From Candidatus Terraquivivens tengchongensis (GTDB lineage Archaea > Thermoproteota > Nitrososphaeria_A > Caldarchaeales > Wolframiiraptoraceae): a DNA stretch of 64,000 bases. The notes beneath the pieces were generated by a model. The model did no database searches and was not told where the DNA came from. It saw only the letters and a program-made list of their open reading frames with translations. This document shows, piece by piece, positions 8,286 through 20,035 of this stretch. Both the position numbers and the translations under genes were made by a program. The stretch's first letter is position 1. Each line of letters starts with the position of its first letter. Location of the stretch: contig JALNJZ010000001.1 in assembly GCA_023261845.1 (NCBI GenBank), positions 160,001 through 224,000 of the forward strand. The letters are read 5' to 3'.

Positions 8286-9701
8286 TTATCCGCCCTTTGC
8301 TTTGTAATACTTGCGAATGTGCTCCTCCTTTATCTTCGTTAATTCCTGTTCAGGCAAGCTCGATAGTATCTCCCAAGCTATTTTCAGCGTGTCATCTAAA
8401 GACCTGTTTTCGTCATAACCCTGCTTTAAGAACCTCTGTTCGAATAGATCACCGAATTCCAAGTACTTTATGTCAGTTGCAGATAGACCAGATCTTCCGA
8501 CTATCTCGGCCAGAGCTCTTAGCTGAACCGCCTTCGAGTATGCCGCGTAGAGCTGGTTGCATACGTCACCGTGGTCTGCTCTCGTCCTCTTCTCAGCTAT
8601 TATTCCGGGCCCCATCAATCTACTCAGAGACATTAGTACGTTTATCGGCGGGTATATCCCTTTTCTGTAAAGTTCTCTGCTCAGAACTATTTGACCTTCG
8701 GTGATGTAACCTGTTAGGTCTGGTATGGGATGTGTGATATCGTCGCTCGGCATACTCAAGATTGGCATCTGTGTCACGCTACCCTTTTTTCCTTTTATCC
8801 TTCCAGCCCTCTCGTAGATTGATGCCAAGTCCGTGTACATGTATCCTGGATAACCCTTTCTTCCTGGAACTTCTTCTCTTGCGGCGCTTATTTCTCGTAG
8901 GCTTTCGCAGTAATTGGTAATGTCTGTTAGGATTACGAGCACATGATAGTCATGCCAAAAAGCAAGGTACTCGGCTAGCGTCAGCGCTATCCTTGGTGTT
9001 ATGAGTCTCTCTATTGCTGGGTCGTCCGCCAAGTTTAGGAAGAGGGCACTTCTAGATATCGCTCCACTCTTCTCGAGGCTCTCTTTAAAGAATCTAGCTT
9101 CGTCATTCTGAACACCTATGGCAGCGAACACGACTGCGAACTCCTCTTCCTTGCCGGGGACCGTAGCCTGTCTTGCTATTTGTGCTGCTAGCATGTTATG
9201 CGGCAACCCTGCACCAGAGAATATCGGTAACTTCTGCCCTCTGACGAGTGAGTTCATCCCGTCTATTGCCGAGATACCCGTCTGTATGAAATCGCTTGGG
9301 TACTCACGCCTTTCGGGGTTAATAGGCTCACCGTTTACATCTCTGAATTCCCTCGGTATCGGCTCTGGTAGCCCGTCAAGTGGTCTTCCAAGACCGTCAA
9401 AGACCCTACCGAGCATATCCTCTGATACACCAAGCTCCATAACTCTGCCTAGGAATCTTGCAACAGTCCCTTCTATCGAAAGACCTTGTGTCCCTTCGAA
9501 TACTTGGACGACTGCTTTGCCCATTCCGACTTCAAGAACTTTTGCTAAACGTCTCTCACCTTCTCTTGTCTCTATCTCCACGAGTTCATCGTAGGATGCT
9601 TTCGTCACGCCCTCTATTACCATCAACGGACCTTTTATTTCGCTAATAGTTCCGTACGTTAAGCCAGCTGGTACCGACCTTCTTTCCTTGCTCAGACTCA
9701 T
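8286..9701 (-). CDS. atpB: A/V-type ATP synthase subunit B
   Basis: [40 protein letters not shown]. Confidence 0.97.
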   Translation of the reverse strand: MSLSKERRSVPAGLTYGTISEIKGPLMVIEGVTKASYDELVEIETREGERRLAKVLEVGMGKAVVQVFEGTQGLSIEGTVARFLGRVMELGVSEDMLGRVFDGLGRPLDGLPEPIPREFRDVNGEPINPERREYPSDFIQTGISAIDGMNSLVRGQKLPIFSGAGLPHNMLAAQIARQATVPGKEEEFAVVFAAIGVQNDEARFFKESLEKSGAISRSALFLNLADDPAIERLITPRIALTLAEYLAFWHDYHVLVILTDITNYCESLREISAAREEVPGRKGYPGYMYTDLASIYERAGRIKGKKGSVTQMPILSMPSDDITHPIPDLTGYITEGQIVLSRELYRKGIYPPINVLMSLSRLMGPGIIAEKRTRADHGDVCNQLYAAYSKAVQLRALAEIVGRSGLSATDIKYLEFGDLFEQRFLKQGYDENRSLDDTLKIAWEILSSLPEQELTKIKEEHIRKYYKAKGG

Positions 9702-11482
9702 ATCGTTGTCACGACCTCCTTTGCCATGAGTTTCTCAAACTCGGATTTCATCGTCTCAAGCAACACGTCAAGTTTCTCAACCTCATCGTTCCTAACTTCT
9801 GACTTAGCTCTGATAAGCTTAGATATTATTGGCATACTCCTTATGCTCTTCAACGGCACGCCCCGCCTAAGAGCTTCCACCGCTAGCTTGTGAAACTCTG
9901 CAAAGAGTCTTAGCAACTTGACTTGCTTTCTCACGTCGCAATAGGCATCAACTTCGTCATAGGCGCTTTGTTGCAAGAACCCTTCCCTTACCATCCTAGC
10001 CACGTCTAACAACAACTTCTCCTCCTCAGGCAGGGCTTCTGGTCCGAGGAGTCTCACTATTTCTAAGAGTTCGTCCTCTCTTCGTAGTATGGAGTAGACA
10101 TAAGACCTGAGCTCTGACCAATCCTTGCTCACATGCGACTCCCAGTATATCTTGACTGTATCTATGTAGCCTGAGTAGCTTGTTATCCAGTTAATTGCCG
10201 GATAATGTCTGCTATACGCTAAGTTTGGGTCAAGGCCCCAGAAGGTCCTTATAAAGCGCATTGTGTGAGTAGTTACCGGTTCCGTGAAGTCACCACCAGG
10301 TGGACTGACTGCACCTATTAGCGTGACGCTCCCAACCCTTTCGGGTCTTCCAATGGTCTCAACCCTTCCGGCCCTCTCGTAGAATTCAGCAAGCCTGCTG
10401 GCAAGGTAGCTCGGATAACCTTCCTCAGCCGGCATCTCCTCAAGCCTACCACTTATCTCCCTAAGTGCCTCAGCCCACCTACTTGTTGAGTCCGCAACCA
10501 GAAGTACGTCATACCCCATATCTCTATAGAACTCTGCCATAGTGACGCCCGTGTATATACTAGCTTCCCTCGCGGCCACGGGCATGTTGCTCGTATTCGC
10601 TATCAGAGTCGTCCTTTCCATGAGAGGTCTTCCGCTATATGGGTCGGTGAGTTCCGGGAACTTCGTTAAAACTTCTGCCTCTTCGTTCCCTCTCTCGCCA
10701 CAACCAACGTGGAATATCACCTTAGCATCACTCCACTTGGCTAGGTTATGTAACATAACGGTCTTGCCCGTCCCGAATGCGCCGGGTATGCACCCGGTTC
10801 CTCCCTTTGCTATTGGAAAGAAAGTATCTATGACCCTTTGGCCTGTGATGAGCGGTATCTCTGGATTGAGTCTCTTCCTGAAAGGTCTTGGTGTCCTGAC
10901 AGGCCAGCGATGGTACAGCTTTATCTCCTCACTCACGCCACCCTTAGATAGCACTGCAATAGTATCCTCAAGCGTGTAATCACCCTCTTCTACTATGTTA
11001 ATGACCTCTCCACCCTTGCTGTTGGGTTGCACCATTATCTTGCACTCGATCAAAGGTGTCTCTTGGACAACACCCACAAAATCCCCTGGGTTGAGTATAT
11101 CACCTTTCTTTGCAAGCGGTCTGAATCTCCACTTTTTCTTGAACGGTAGCGGAGGAACTTGGATTCCCCTCTTTATAAATGGTCCGACGGTAGACGCAAT
11201 TCTGTCTAAGGGTCTTTGAACCCCATCATAGATGCTTCCTATTATTCCAGGACCCAGCATAACTGAAAGCGGCTCTCCAGTACCATAAACAGGCTCCCCT
11301 GGTGATAACCCGCTCGTGTTCTCATAAACTTGTATAAAGGCCGTATCACCTGTCAGCCTTATTATCTCGCCTATGAGCTTCTCCTCACCGACGTAAACCA
11401 TCTCATACATCTTTGCACCAAGCATACCATCTGCCTTTACTGCAGGTCCTGCAATCCATATTATTCTGCCTTTGACTTTCAT
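9698..11482 (-). CDS. atpA: A/V-type ATP synthase subunit A
   Basis: [43 protein letters not shown]. No intein. Confidence 0.97.
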   Translation of the reverse strand: MKVKGRIIWIAGPAVKADGMLGAKMYEMVYVGEEKLIGEIIRLTGDTAFIQVYENTSGLSPGEPVYGTGEPLSVMLGPGIIGSIYDGVQRPLDRIASTVGPFIKRGIQVPPLPFKKKWRFRPLAKKGDILNPGDFVGVVQETPLIECKIMVQPNSKGGEVINIVEEGDYTLEDTIAVLSKGGVSEEIKLYHRWPVRTPRPFRKRLNPEIPLITGQRVIDTFFPIAKGGTGCIPGAFGTGKTVMLHNLAKWSDAKVIFHVGCGERGNEEAEVLTKFPELTDPYSGRPLMERTTLIANTSNMPVAAREASIYTGVTMAEFYRDMGYDVLLVADSTSRWAEALREISGRLEEMPAEEGYPSYLASRLAEFYERAGRVETIGRPERVGSVTLIGAVSPPGGDFTEPVTTHTMRFIRTFWGLDPNLAYSRHYPAINWITSYSGYIDTVKIYWESHVSKDWSELRSYVYSILRREDELLEIVRLLGPEALPEEEKLLLDVARMVREGFLQQSAYDEVDAYCDVRKQVKLLRLFAEFHKLAVEALRRGVPLKSIRSMPIISKLIRAKSEVRNDEVEKLDVLLETMKSEFEKLMAKEVVTTI

Positions 11483-11523
11483 AAAATGTCCACCACCTAA
11501 CAATATCGATTTATATTAATACC

Positions 11524-12126
11524 TTATTCGGTAGTCAATATTCTGGCGACTTCCTTTCGAAGAAGCGGTCTTAGACGCCTCAGCCTTCCCTCAACCGTGT
11601 TATCGAAGACTCTTTTTCCATCCAAGCTACTAACCTTTAGGCCAGCTGTACAGTCTATTGGTTCGTCACCAACGTATACTCTGAAACCTGTACTCGTAGA
11701 AACTTCATCAGCTAATTCCTTCAGTATGTCCATGCTCTCTGCATTTGTCCATACCTTTACATCGCTTCCTATGGCGTTTAGACCCTCAAGAAGTAACTTC
11801 CTCATAACATCCTTGTATTCCGGCATGGTTGGAGCACGTCTCAACTTTTCCATGCTACGCTCTATGACCATGTTAACGTATTCTTCGATAAGCGCGAGCG
11901 TCTCATTCTTGGCCTCGACCTCCGCTATGCCCAATATCCTAGACCTCTCCAGCCCGGCCTGTCTCTTGGCCGATTCTATTATTTCCGTAGCCTCAGCATC
12001 GGTTTCACGCATTTCATTCTCTAAAAGCTCCATGGCCTCCTTCTCAGCCGCGTCTAGTAGGGAAAGGCACTCTTTCATGGTTTCCTCAGCAACTTTTTTG
12101 ATGACCCTATCCAAGGCATCCGACAT
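11524..12126 (-). CDS. atpE: A/V-type ATP synthase subunit E
   Basis: Coiled-coil N-terminus, C-terminal DGKRVFDNTVEGRL, upstream of atpA. Confidence 0.85.
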   Translation of the reverse strand: MSDALDRVIKKVAEETMKECLSLLDAAEKEAMELLENEMRETDAEATEIIESAKRQAGLERSRILGIAEVEAKNETLALIEEYVNMVIERSMEKLRRAPTMPEYKDVMRKLLLEGLNAIGSDVKVWTNAESMDILKELADEVSTSTGFRVYVGDEPIDCTAGLKVSSLDGKRVFDNTVEGRLRRLRPLLRKEVARILTTE

Positions 12127-12256
12127 AACCTTTCGGACGATAGTGGTCCTATTTCAGGTATATAAATTGCTACTCCAGCTGTGATTAAAGAGAGCAAAAT
12201 CCTTAAACTAGCAAAAGTACAACACCTTTCATTTTACTTAGCAAATCTAGGTCCTT

Positions 12257-12553
12257 CTATATTCCCAAAACTTGCCTAAGCAAAGTCCTGTAGTCCATGC
12301 CCTTCGTGCTTGTTGAAGGAGAGGGTAGCACATATATAAGCGGCATAGATTTTTTGGACCTTATTTCGTTTATTTCATTTCTTATCTCATACGTCAGTTC
12401 TTCGGACAGTAGTATCAATCCTACCTCCGGGTCGCTCATTAACTTGTTAACGGTCGAAAGCACCTCCTTTGCATCAGTGACTTCTATTCCTCCGGCGCCG
12501 GCAAGCCTAAAACCCATTATAAAGCTCCTGCTACCTACGGCTACTACTCGCAT
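12257..12553 (-). CDS. atpF: A/V-type ATP synthase subunit F
   Basis: VAVGSRSFIMGFRLAG motif. Confidence 0.9.
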   Translation of the reverse strand: MRVVAVGSRSFIMGFRLAGAGGIEVTDAKEVLSTVNKLMSDPEVGLILLSEELTYEIRNEINEIRSKKSMPLIYVLPSPSTSTKGMDYRTLLRQVLGI

Positions 12554-12669
12554 CGCTTATTTTACCACCCCGTGCTTTATATAAAGACTCACACTTTTTT
12601 TATAAATGAAGCCCTATAGATATGCCCTTATACTTCAAGCACGTACCTTTACATGGTGTAGAAAGGTCC

Positions 12670-13707
12670 ATGGGTGTGAAGCTGGGCGACATAATTACGC
12701 CCGAAGCCGTCCAGACCATAGCTCTGGAGGCGCTTAAGGGAAGAGTCATAGCGCTGGATGCTTTTAATATGCTCTACCAATTCTTGGCAACGATCAGGGG
12801 GCCTGACGGAAGACCCCTTATGGATAGTAGGGGAAGGATTACCAGTCACCTCAGCGGCCTATTCTTCAGGACTGTCAACCTACTAGAAAAGGGAATAAAA
12901 CCGGTCTACGTCTTCGATGGAAGGCCTCCAGAGCTGAAGAGGGCAACGGTCGAGAAGAGAATGGAGTTGAGGAAAGAGGCTGGGGAGCTTTACGAGAGGG
13001 CCCTGTTAGCAGGCGATATAGAGGCTGCTAGGAAGTATGCACAAAGGGCTACGACGCTCGAGGAATATATGTTAGAGAGCTCGAAGAAGCTTCTTGATGC
13101 TATGGGAATACCAACAGTTCAAGCACCATCAGAAGGCGAAGCACAAGCCGCATACATGGCCGCAAAGGGCGATGTTTATGCGTCCGCTTCTCAAGATATG
13201 GACTCGCTCCTCTTCGGTTCACCAAGGCTTGTGAGAAACTTGTCTATAGTCGGAAAGCGAAAGCTTCCAGGCAAGAAAGCATACGTTGAGGTCGAGCCTG
13301 AGTTGATAAGCCTTGATGCCTTGCTCTCGTCCTTAGGAATAACACGAGAACTTTTGATAGATATCGGAATACTCGTGGGAACGGACTACTGTGAAGGTGT
13401 GAAAGGGATAGGCCCAAAGAAGGCCCTTAAACTTGTAAAGGAATATGGAAGTGCCGAAAAGGTCCTAGAAGCGCTGAACGTGACTCTAGAAGTCCCTCCA
13501 GGAGTAATAAGACAAATCTTTCTCAAACCAAATGTAACTGACAACTACACGCTTAAGTGGAAAGGAATAGATTATGCGACCGTAAAGTCGATACTTTGTG
13601 ACGAACATGACTTTTCATCCGATAGAGTAGACAAAGCGTTAGCCGAGCTGAAGGTGGCTTTAGAGAAAGGTAAAGGAGAGACGAGTTTGGATGCCTGGTT
13701 AGGTTAA
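12670..13707 (+). CDS. fen: Flap endonuclease 1
   Basis: MGVKLG, DAFNMLYQFLATIR, PSEGEAQAA, GTDY, C-terminal PIP-like ETSLDAWL. Confidence 0.96.
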   Translation: MGVKLGDIITPEAVQTIALEALKGRVIALDAFNMLYQFLATIRGPDGRPLMDSRGRITSHLSGLFFRTVNLLEKGIKPVYVFDGRPPELKRATVEKRMELRKEAGELYERALLAGDIEAARKYAQRATTLEEYMLESSKKLLDAMGIPTVQAPSEGEAQAAYMAAKGDVYASASQDMDSLLFGSPRLVRNLSIVGKRKLPGKKAYVEVEPELISLDALLSSLGITRELLIDIGILVGTDYCEGVKGIGPKKALKLVKEYGSAEKVLEALNVTLEVPPGVIRQIFLKPNVTDNYTLKWKGIDYATVKSILCDEHDFSSDRVDKALAELKVALEKGKGETSLDAWLG

Positions 13708-13925
13708 GCCTCGATGAGCTCTATCAACTTTCGTTCAGCATCCAAGCTTATGACCCTAACCTTCTCGTGCATTTCCAGTTTTAGCAGAACTTGTCTGAGT
13801 ATTTCTGGCATTAACTCTAAGCCCCTTGCTCTGAGTTCGTCCAACAGATTCTGTTCTAGTGCCTTTCCGCCCATCCTTCGCAAAGTTTCCAAGAGTGTAG
13901 AATAAACCTCTGCTCTTATATTCAT
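13704..13925 (-). CDS. Small hypothetical (winged-helix-like) protein downstream of cdc48
   Basis: 73-aa ORF 6 bp after the cdc48 stop, same strand. Confidence 0.55.
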   Translation of the reverse strand: MNIRAEVYSTLLETLRRMGGKALEQNLLDELRARGLELMPEILRQVLLKLEMHEKVRVISLDAERKLIELIEA

Positions 13926-13931
13926 AGGTTT

Positions 13932-16106
13932 TCATCCTATCATGGTTAGGGGCTTTTCTGAGGACTTGAGGATTTCGCCCATCTTTTCATATTCCTTAAT
14001 CATGTGCGGCGATAGACTTGGCTTCACAATCCTGAGGGCCTCTTGGAAGTCCTGTCTTGTCACAATCTCTGGTTCCCCTCCTCTTCTGATAGTGGATAGG
14101 GCAGCTTCTCTACACAATGATTCCAGGTCGGCGCCAGAATAACCTTCGGTCATGCTCGCAATTTCTTCGAGGGATACATCATCCGCGAGCGGCATCTTAG
14201 CTGTGTATATCTTCAGTATCTGAAGCCTTGCTTTTTCGTCAGGTGGCGGTACATATATCAGCCTGTCAAACCTGCCCGGTCTGAGTATGGCCGGATCCAG
14301 CAGGTCTGGCCTGTTGGTCGCACCCACGACGACTACTCCATTCAGATCTTCTATTCCATCCATTTCAGCTAAGAGCTGACTTGCTACTCTATGCGATACA
14401 CCAGAGCTATCCTCTAAGAAGTCTTTTCTAGGAATTATAGACTCGATCTCATCCAGGAACACTATACATGGCGCTGCCTGCCTAGCCTTCCTGAATATCT
14501 CCCTAATGGCCTTCTCCGATTCTCCAACCCATTTACTGAATATCTCAGGCCCCTTTATGGATATGAAGTTGGCCTCGCTCTCCGTAGCTATCGCCTTGGC
14601 CAGGAGAGTCTTACCGCAGCCAGGTGGACCGTAAAGTAGTATGCCCTTCGGAGGCTTTATGCCAAGTCTCTCGAACTTTTCAGGGTACTTGAGCGGCCAC
14701 TCGATCGCCTCCCTTAACCTTTGCTTCACCTCCTCAAGTCCGCCCACCTGATCCCATCTCACTGTTGGTGTCTCTATCTCGACTTCCCTAAGGGCAGTGG
14801 GCGTTATGTCTTTGTAGGCATCTAGGAAGTCCTTCATGGTCACTGTGAGACTGTTCAACAATTCTGGTGATATCTTATCCTCCGAGAAGTCTATGCTCGG
14901 CAATATCCTTCGTATAGCCCTCATAGCAGCTTCCCTGCAGAGTGCAGCTATGTCAGCTCCAGTGTAACCTCTTGTGATATCGGCTAGCTTATCTAAGTCA
15001 ACGCTCTCATCGAGTGGCATACCTCTTGTATGTATATCGAGTATCTCCTTCCTGGCCTTCTTGTCCGGTATTCCAATCTCTATTTCCCTATCAAACCTAC
15101 CAGGTCTCCTCAGAGCAGGATCTAGTGCATTTGGCCTATTCGTCGCACCTATAACAATCACAGAACCTCTTGACTCTAAACCATCCATGAGTGCAAGGAG
15201 CTGGGCTACAACTCTCTTCTCAACTTCGCCCGTTACCTCACTCCTCTTAGGAGCTATCGCATCTATCTCGTCGATGAAGATTATGCTTGGAGCCTCTTCC
15301 TCAGCCTTCCTGAATATCTCCCTAAGTCGGGCTTCGGTCTCTCCATAATATTTGTTCATGATCTCAGGTCCGTTTATGAGTATGAAATTAGCGTCAGCCT
15401 CTGTCGCGACAGCCTTGGCCAGGAGAGTCTTACCGCAGCCAGGTGGACCGTAAAGTAGTATGCCTTTTGGCGGGTCTATACCAAGTTTCTGGAAAAGCTC
15501 AGGATACCTCAATGGAAGCTCTATCAACTCCCTTATCCTTTGTATCTGCTCCTGAAGACCTCCTATATCTTCGTAAGTCACGCTAGTTCTGAATACCCTC
15601 TCTTGGACGGACCTGGCCTGAATGATAAGTTTTGTCCTAGGAGTTATCTTAACGATTCCCATAGGTCTTGTCTGTATGACGGCAAACGTAAACAAGTTGC
15701 CGAAGAAGAGGACAGGCACTATGTTCTTCTGAACTGTTGGATACTCTATCAGCCTACTCTTCACAAGTTTTATAAAATTCTCGTCAGGTTTGATCGAATT
15801 ATTTACAGGTGCAAGTATAACTAACTGGGCTTCCCTTACTTGCGCCTTCCTGACTGTTACATAATCGTTTAGGGATACACCAGCATTACTTCTTATATAA
15901 CCATCTATCCTTATCGTGTCCTTCTCATCTTCTGTGTAGCCCAACCACAGCGTAGCAGCCGTGACTTTCTTACCCCTTATCTCTATTATGTCTCCGGTCG
16001 TGAGGCCGGCAGAGGCTCCGACGTCCTTGTCGATTCTTGCTATACCATAACCAACATCACGCTGCTTCGCTTCGACGACCCTAAGTCTAAGCTCCTTGCT
16101 ACTCAT
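13932..16106 (-). CDS. cdc48: CDC48/VAT family AAA+ ATPase
   Basis: N-terminal double-psi barrel, two GPPGCGKT Walker A motifs, RPGRFD. Confidence 0.96.
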   Translation of the reverse strand: MSSKELRLRVVEAKQRDVGYGIARIDKDVGASAGLTTGDIIEIRGKKVTAATLWLGYTEDEKDTIRIDGYIRSNAGVSLNDYVTVRKAQVREAQLVILAPVNNSIKPDENFIKLVKSRLIEYPTVQKNIVPVLFFGNLFTFAVIQTRPMGIVKITPRTKLIIQARSVQERVFRTSVTYEDIGGLQEQIQRIRELIELPLRYPELFQKLGIDPPKGILLYGPPGCGKTLLAKAVATEADANFILINGPEIMNKYYGETEARLREIFRKAEEEAPSIIFIDEIDAIAPKRSEVTGEVEKRVVAQLLALMDGLESRGSVIVIGATNRPNALDPALRRPGRFDREIEIGIPDKKARKEILDIHTRGMPLDESVDLDKLADITRGYTGADIAALCREAAMRAIRRILPSIDFSEDKISPELLNSLTVTMKDFLDAYKDITPTALREVEIETPTVRWDQVGGLEEVKQRLREAIEWPLKYPEKFERLGIKPPKGILLYGPPGCGKTLLAKAIATESEANFISIKGPEIFSKWVGESEKAIREIFRKARQAAPCIVFLDEIESIIPRKDFLEDSSGVSHRVASQLLAEMDGIEDLNGVVVVGATNRPDLLDPAILRPGRFDRLIYVPPPDEKARLQILKIYTAKMPLADDVSLEEIASMTEGYSGADLESLCREAALSTIRRGGEPEIVTRQDFQEALRIVKPSLSPHMIKEYEKMGEILKSSEKPLTMIG

Positions 16107-16176
16107 TTCACCAAAAACAACCAGCGTGCATTATTTAAGTATAGTTTGGAGGGAGGGGGTTGTGAGTTTAAAATAC

Positions 16177-16443
16177 CTAAACCCTAGTTACGAATTCTGT
16201 CATGAATTCCTGTATTTCAGGAAAACTCCTTAAGTAGTCCTCAAGGGTATGGACGTAACCCTCTTCGTCTGGCAAGATAAATGCCACTAGAAGACATTCT
16301 GCTCCAAAGGCGAGGGGCTCCTTCCTACTCTCGCGTAGCTCTATACCCTTAGGAAGGCCCTTAGATATTTTATCGATCAACCCATCCAAATCGACATTCT
16401 CATCAGCCGGCATTATCCTGATGAGCGTAGCTACCTTACCCAA
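16177..16443 (-). CDS. ef1b: Translation elongation factor 1-beta
   Basis: MGKVATLIRIMP, EPLAFG. Confidence 0.9.
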   Translation of the reverse strand: MGKVATLIRIMPADENVDLDGLIDKISKGLPKGIELRESRKEPLAFGAECLLVAFILPDEEGYVHTLEDYLRSFPEIQEFMTEFVTRV

Positions 16444-16455
16444 AAACTAAACCTC

Positions 16456-16632
16456 CTACGGTCCTTCGAATCCACATGATGGGCAGACGTAAGGTCTCGC
16501 CAATTCTCTGCAAACTCTGCACCTCCATATCGTCACCCTTCCGCAGTTTGGACATGGAAAACTTACTGCCCTCTCGCCTGGCAGTATTGACCTGTGACAC
16601 CATGAGCACATTGGAAGCGTTACCTGCTTCAT
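16456..16632 (-). CDS. Zn-ribbon RNA-binding protein (DUF1610/HVO_2753-like; not in the ORF track)
   Basis: Manual translation MKQVTLPMCSWCHRSILPGERAVSFPCPNCGRVTIWRCRVCRELARPYVCPSCGFEGP. Conserved position upstream of EF-1beta. Confidence 0.88.
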   Translation of the reverse strand: MKQVTLPMCSWCHRSILPGERAVSFPCPNCGRVTIWRCRVCRELARPYVCPSCGFEGP

Positions 16633-16681
16633 TTCAACGTATGCTGAGTTCTTCGCTACTATAAAAGTATGAATTTCTAAC

Positions 16682-17857
16682 TTATGGGATTCCTAGAGCG
16701 TCTTTTAACACTTGGAAAATTGTTCTAATAAAAAGTTTAAAGGCGGTGCCTGACTTAAGCATGGCCTTTACTGTATCTCCATGCCTATCCATATCTCCTT
16801 TAGAGCTTAACCATGCATCTAGACCAATATCGCTGGCTGCCTTGAACATGGGATCGTAGAGTTTTAACGGAATGTGAGAAATGAGAAGGCGCAACCTATA
16901 CATGGATTTCAGCTGACTATATATTTTATTCATTCTTTCTTGATATTCATGAGTACCTGTTCCGTTCAGTAGAAAGTTTGCAACATATCTTCCCGTCTCG
17001 ATGGCGCAAAGGCCGCCGTAAACTACACCACCACCAGTCGTAGCCTTCACATGACCAGCTACGTCCCCGACGGGTAAAACTCTACAGTTCTGGTGAAGTT
17101 CAAGCGGTGGACCAGCGTATATCGATGCTGAGGTTGTTGAAAGAATCTTAGTATGTTTAAACTCTTCTTGCAAGAAACGAAAGAGCAGACTTTTCGTATC
17201 CTTCTTTGCAGCAACGCCCAGCTTTCCCAGATCATCATCGATCGGAACTAAGTACGCGAAAAAATCCTTAAGGTATTTCTTAAAGTATAGGTAAACGAAG
17301 TTCTTATCCATTCGATGATTTTCCACAACCACTTGGATTATTGGAATCCAACCTTTAGGTCTCCAGTTTTTCCATATGTGTCTTGCCAAGAATCCGGAAC
17401 GACCTTCCGCATCAACGACCATCTTAGCACGTAGCAAAGCATCTGATGTCTTAACAAAAGATACATCGTCACTTGGAACTATCCTGACAACAGCTTTACC
17501 GGTAACTATATCTGCACCATTAAGCGCTGCCCTATGTGCTAGGAATTTGTCGAATAATTCACGATTCGAAACGATTGCTATCGGTCTCTTTGTATCCAGA
17601 ATGAACGACCTTCCAGAAGGTGAGAAGAATACTGCACCCCTAACAATGTTCTGAATATATGAATGATCTAGCGGTATACCAAGCATCTTAAGGCCGGATA
17701 TGCTGAAGAGACCAGCACACCTTTCGGGCTTTCCTACTTCATCGTGTTCTTCAAGTACAAGCACACTGCAACCCATACTAGCGACTTCCTTAGCTGTAAG
17801 AAGTCCAGCAGGTCCCGCACCCACTACAACAACATCATAATCGCTATTTTGCATCAT
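16682..17857 (-). CDS. Geranylgeranyl reductase family FAD oxidoreductase
   Basis: VVGAGPAG, PERCAG, VGDVAGHVKATTGGGV. Confidence 0.85.
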   Translation of the reverse strand: MMQNSDYDVVVVGAGPAGLLTAKEVASMGCSVLVLEEHDEVGKPERCAGLFSISGLKMLGIPLDHSYIQNIVRGAVFFSPSGRSFILDTKRPIAIVSNRELFDKFLAHRAALNGADIVTGKAVVRIVPSDDVSFVKTSDALLRAKMVVDAEGRSGFLARHIWKNWRPKGWIPIIQVVVENHRMDKNFVYLYFKKYLKDFFAYLVPIDDDLGKLGVAAKKDTKSLLFRFLQEEFKHTKILSTTSASIYAGPPLELHQNCRVLPVGDVAGHVKATTGGGVVYGGLCAIETGRYVANFLLNGTGTHEYQERMNKIYSQLKSMYRLRLLISHIPLKLYDPMFKAASDIGLDAWLSSKGDMDRHGDTVKAMLKSGTAFKLFIRTIFQVLKDALGIP

Positions 17858-17885
17858 ATATCGCCGTTGTGGTCTTAAGACGTTA

Positions 17886-18878
17886 TCATTGTACCATTTT
17901 CTTACCTAAAAGAACATCTTTATTCACAAGGTTCTTGGGTGGCATACCGTTGAGTATTCTTATCGCATCCTCTGCTACTGACCTCTTAAGTCGCTTTAAT
18001 GCCTCCTCTGTATACCATGCTATATGAGGTGTCAAGACGACGTTGTCAAGTTTGAAGAGTGGATTATTCGTATTCGGAGGTTCATTCTCGTATACATCAA
18101 GCGCTGCGCCAGCTATCCATCCATCCCTTAGCGCTTTGTAAAGCGCGTCCTCTTTCACTATTGGGCCCCTAGAAGTGTTAATTAGATATGCTGTTTTCTT
18201 CATCTTCTTTAACTCTTGCTCACCTATCATTCCTCGCGTCTCGGGCGTTAATGGTGCATGAATGGACACGAAATCGGAATTTTTTAACAAAGTATCCAAA
18301 TCAACGAGTTCCACACCCAACGAACTTGCTCTATCTTTTTCGATGTAAGGATCGTATGCCATGACCTTCATACCAAAAGCTTTGGCTCTAATAGCAACAG
18401 CACTTCCTATGTTACCTATACCTATCAGACCTAACACTTTACCTTCTAAATCAGTACCCATTAGTTCTATCGGCTGTTGTGTCCAAACCTTCCAACTGGC
18501 ACTTTTAATTATACGGTCAGCTAATATAATCTTTCTGGCCAATGCAAGCAGTAATGCGAACGTATGTTCTGCTACAGTTCCTATACAATAGTCCGGCACA
18601 TTAGCAACGTATACTCCCATTTCCGTCGCTGCTCGTATATCCACATTGTCCAAACCTATACCATATCTCACGATTCCTTTCAAACGTGGTGCTGATTCAA
18701 TTATTCTCTTAGTGATTTTTGCATAAACAACTAACATTACATCTACATCTTTTACTTCAGCAAGTAAATCGTCTTCTGTTATACCTTTTGCTAACCTGAC
18801 AGCTGCATATTTTTCAAGGATTTTCCACTCTTCTTCAATAAACGGAGTGGGTTCTGTTATCAAAACTTTCTTGTCCAT
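17886..18878 (-). CDS. D-isomer-specific 2-hydroxyacid dehydrogenase
   Basis: GLIGIGNIG, INTSRG, GAALDVYENEP, TPHIAW. Confidence 0.92.
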   Translation of the reverse strand: MDKKVLITEPTPFIEEEWKILEKYAAVRLAKGITEDDLLAEVKDVDVMLVVYAKITKRIIESAPRLKGIVRYGIGLDNVDIRAATEMGVYVANVPDYCIGTVAEHTFALLLALARKIILADRIIKSASWKVWTQQPIELMGTDLEGKVLGLIGIGNIGSAVAIRAKAFGMKVMAYDPYIEKDRASSLGVELVDLDTLLKNSDFVSIHAPLTPETRGMIGEQELKKMKKTAYLINTSRGPIVKEDALYKALRDGWIAGAALDVYENEPPNTNNPLFKLDNVVLTPHIAWYTEEALKRLKRSVAEDAIRILNGMPPKNLVNKDVLLGKKMVQ

Positions 18879-18917
18879 AACACGACCTACCTCTATCCAC
18901 AAAACCTACATAAAAGA

Positions 18918-19739
18918 GTGTTTATAATCATTAGTTTGAATTTGAGGTGGAGTATAAGGGTTGCTGCCATTCAAATAGAGCCTGGCGAAAACGTACAAGA
19001 AAATACAGCAAAGGCAGAGTCATTAATAAGGGCTGCAGTAAAGGCTGGAGCGGAGTTCATTTGTCTGCCGGAGATGTGGCTACACAAAGAGCCCATTCCA
19101 CATATAGACGAGGTTATCGATTCTGCCAAGTCCATTATCTCCAGATTCTCACAACTTGCTAAAGAACTGAATGTGGTATTAATCCCTGGAGCAGTATACG
19201 AAGAAAGCGGGAATGAAGTATTTGTGTCAGCATATGTGATAGCTCCAGATGGTAAAATAGTTGGAAGGCAGGATAAAGTTCACTTGTTTAGAGATGAGGG
19301 GGCGTTCTTTAAACCTGGCACAAATTTCGAGGTCTTTGAGGTTAATGACGTCAAGCTTGGCATCATGGTGTGTTATGATGTGGCATTCCCAGAATCTGCC
19401 CGATGTCTGACACTCAAGGGTGCGGAAATTATATTTAATCCATCGAGGATTGTAAAAGAAGCCATGGAACCTTGGCGCTTATACGTGAAAGCAAGATGTC
19501 TTGAGAATAGAGTACCCATCGTAGCCGTAAATATATACGACCATGCTCATTCAGGAGGTTCTTTTGTTTGCGTACCATCGGAAGGTGCCAAGAGGTTCAT
19601 CCACCCCGTCGTCTTAACACAAGCAGAGTCCGGATCAGCAACAATAACCTGTGACGTAGACCTACTCAGTATAGTAGAATTTAGACTCGATAGATTATCT
19701 AGAAGAGTTCCAGCAGCTTACAGATGTATAGTTGAATAG
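18918..19739 (+). CDS. Carbon-nitrogen hydrolase (nitrilase family)
   Basis: [20 protein letters not shown] catalytic E-K-C triad. Confidence 0.9.
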   Translation: MFIIISLNLRWSIRVAAIQIEPGENVQENTAKAESLIRAAVKAGAEFICLPEMWLHKEPIPHIDEVIDSAKSIISRFSQLAKELNVVLIPGAVYEESGNEVFVSAYVIAPDGKIVGRQDKVHLFRDEGAFFKPGTNFEVFEVNDVKLGIMVCYDVAFPESARCLTLKGAEIIFNPSRIVKEAMEPWRLYVKARCLENRVPIVAVNIYDHAHSGGSFVCVPSEGAKRFIHPVVLTQAESGSATITCDVDLLSIVEFRLDRLSRRVPAAYRCIVE

Positions 19740-19750
19740 AACGTTTAAAG

Positions 19751-20035
19751 GTGAGCAGTATGAAGGCCAGAGCTCACGTATACATAAGCGGTATCGTACA
19801 GGGCGTGTTCTTTAGGTCCAATACGAAAAGGATGGCTGATAAGTTAGGCGTGAAAGGTTGGGTCAGGAACCTTCCTGATGGTAGGGTCGAGGCGATCTTC
19901 GAGGGAGAGAAGGAAGCGGTCACTTCCATAATAGAGTGGTGCCATAAAGGGCCTCCGGATGCTGTCGTAGAGAATGTAGATGTTATATGGGAGGAATACA
20001 GGGGCGAGTTCAAGGATTTTAGGATAATTTATTGA
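19751..20035 (+). CDS. acyP: Acylphosphatase
   Basis: [21 protein letters not shown]. Confidence 0.95.
   Translation: MSSMKARAHVYISGIVQGVFFRSNTKRMADKLGVKGWVRNLPDGRVEAIFEGEKEAVTSIIEWCHKGPPDAVVENVDVIWEEYRGEFKDFRIIY

Noticed and set aside
11597-12184. Long antisense ORFs (e.g. 11597-12184, 9118-9594, 10542-10979, 21118-21531, 40157-40582)
   Set aside because: Ser-rich shadows opposite well-supported genes.
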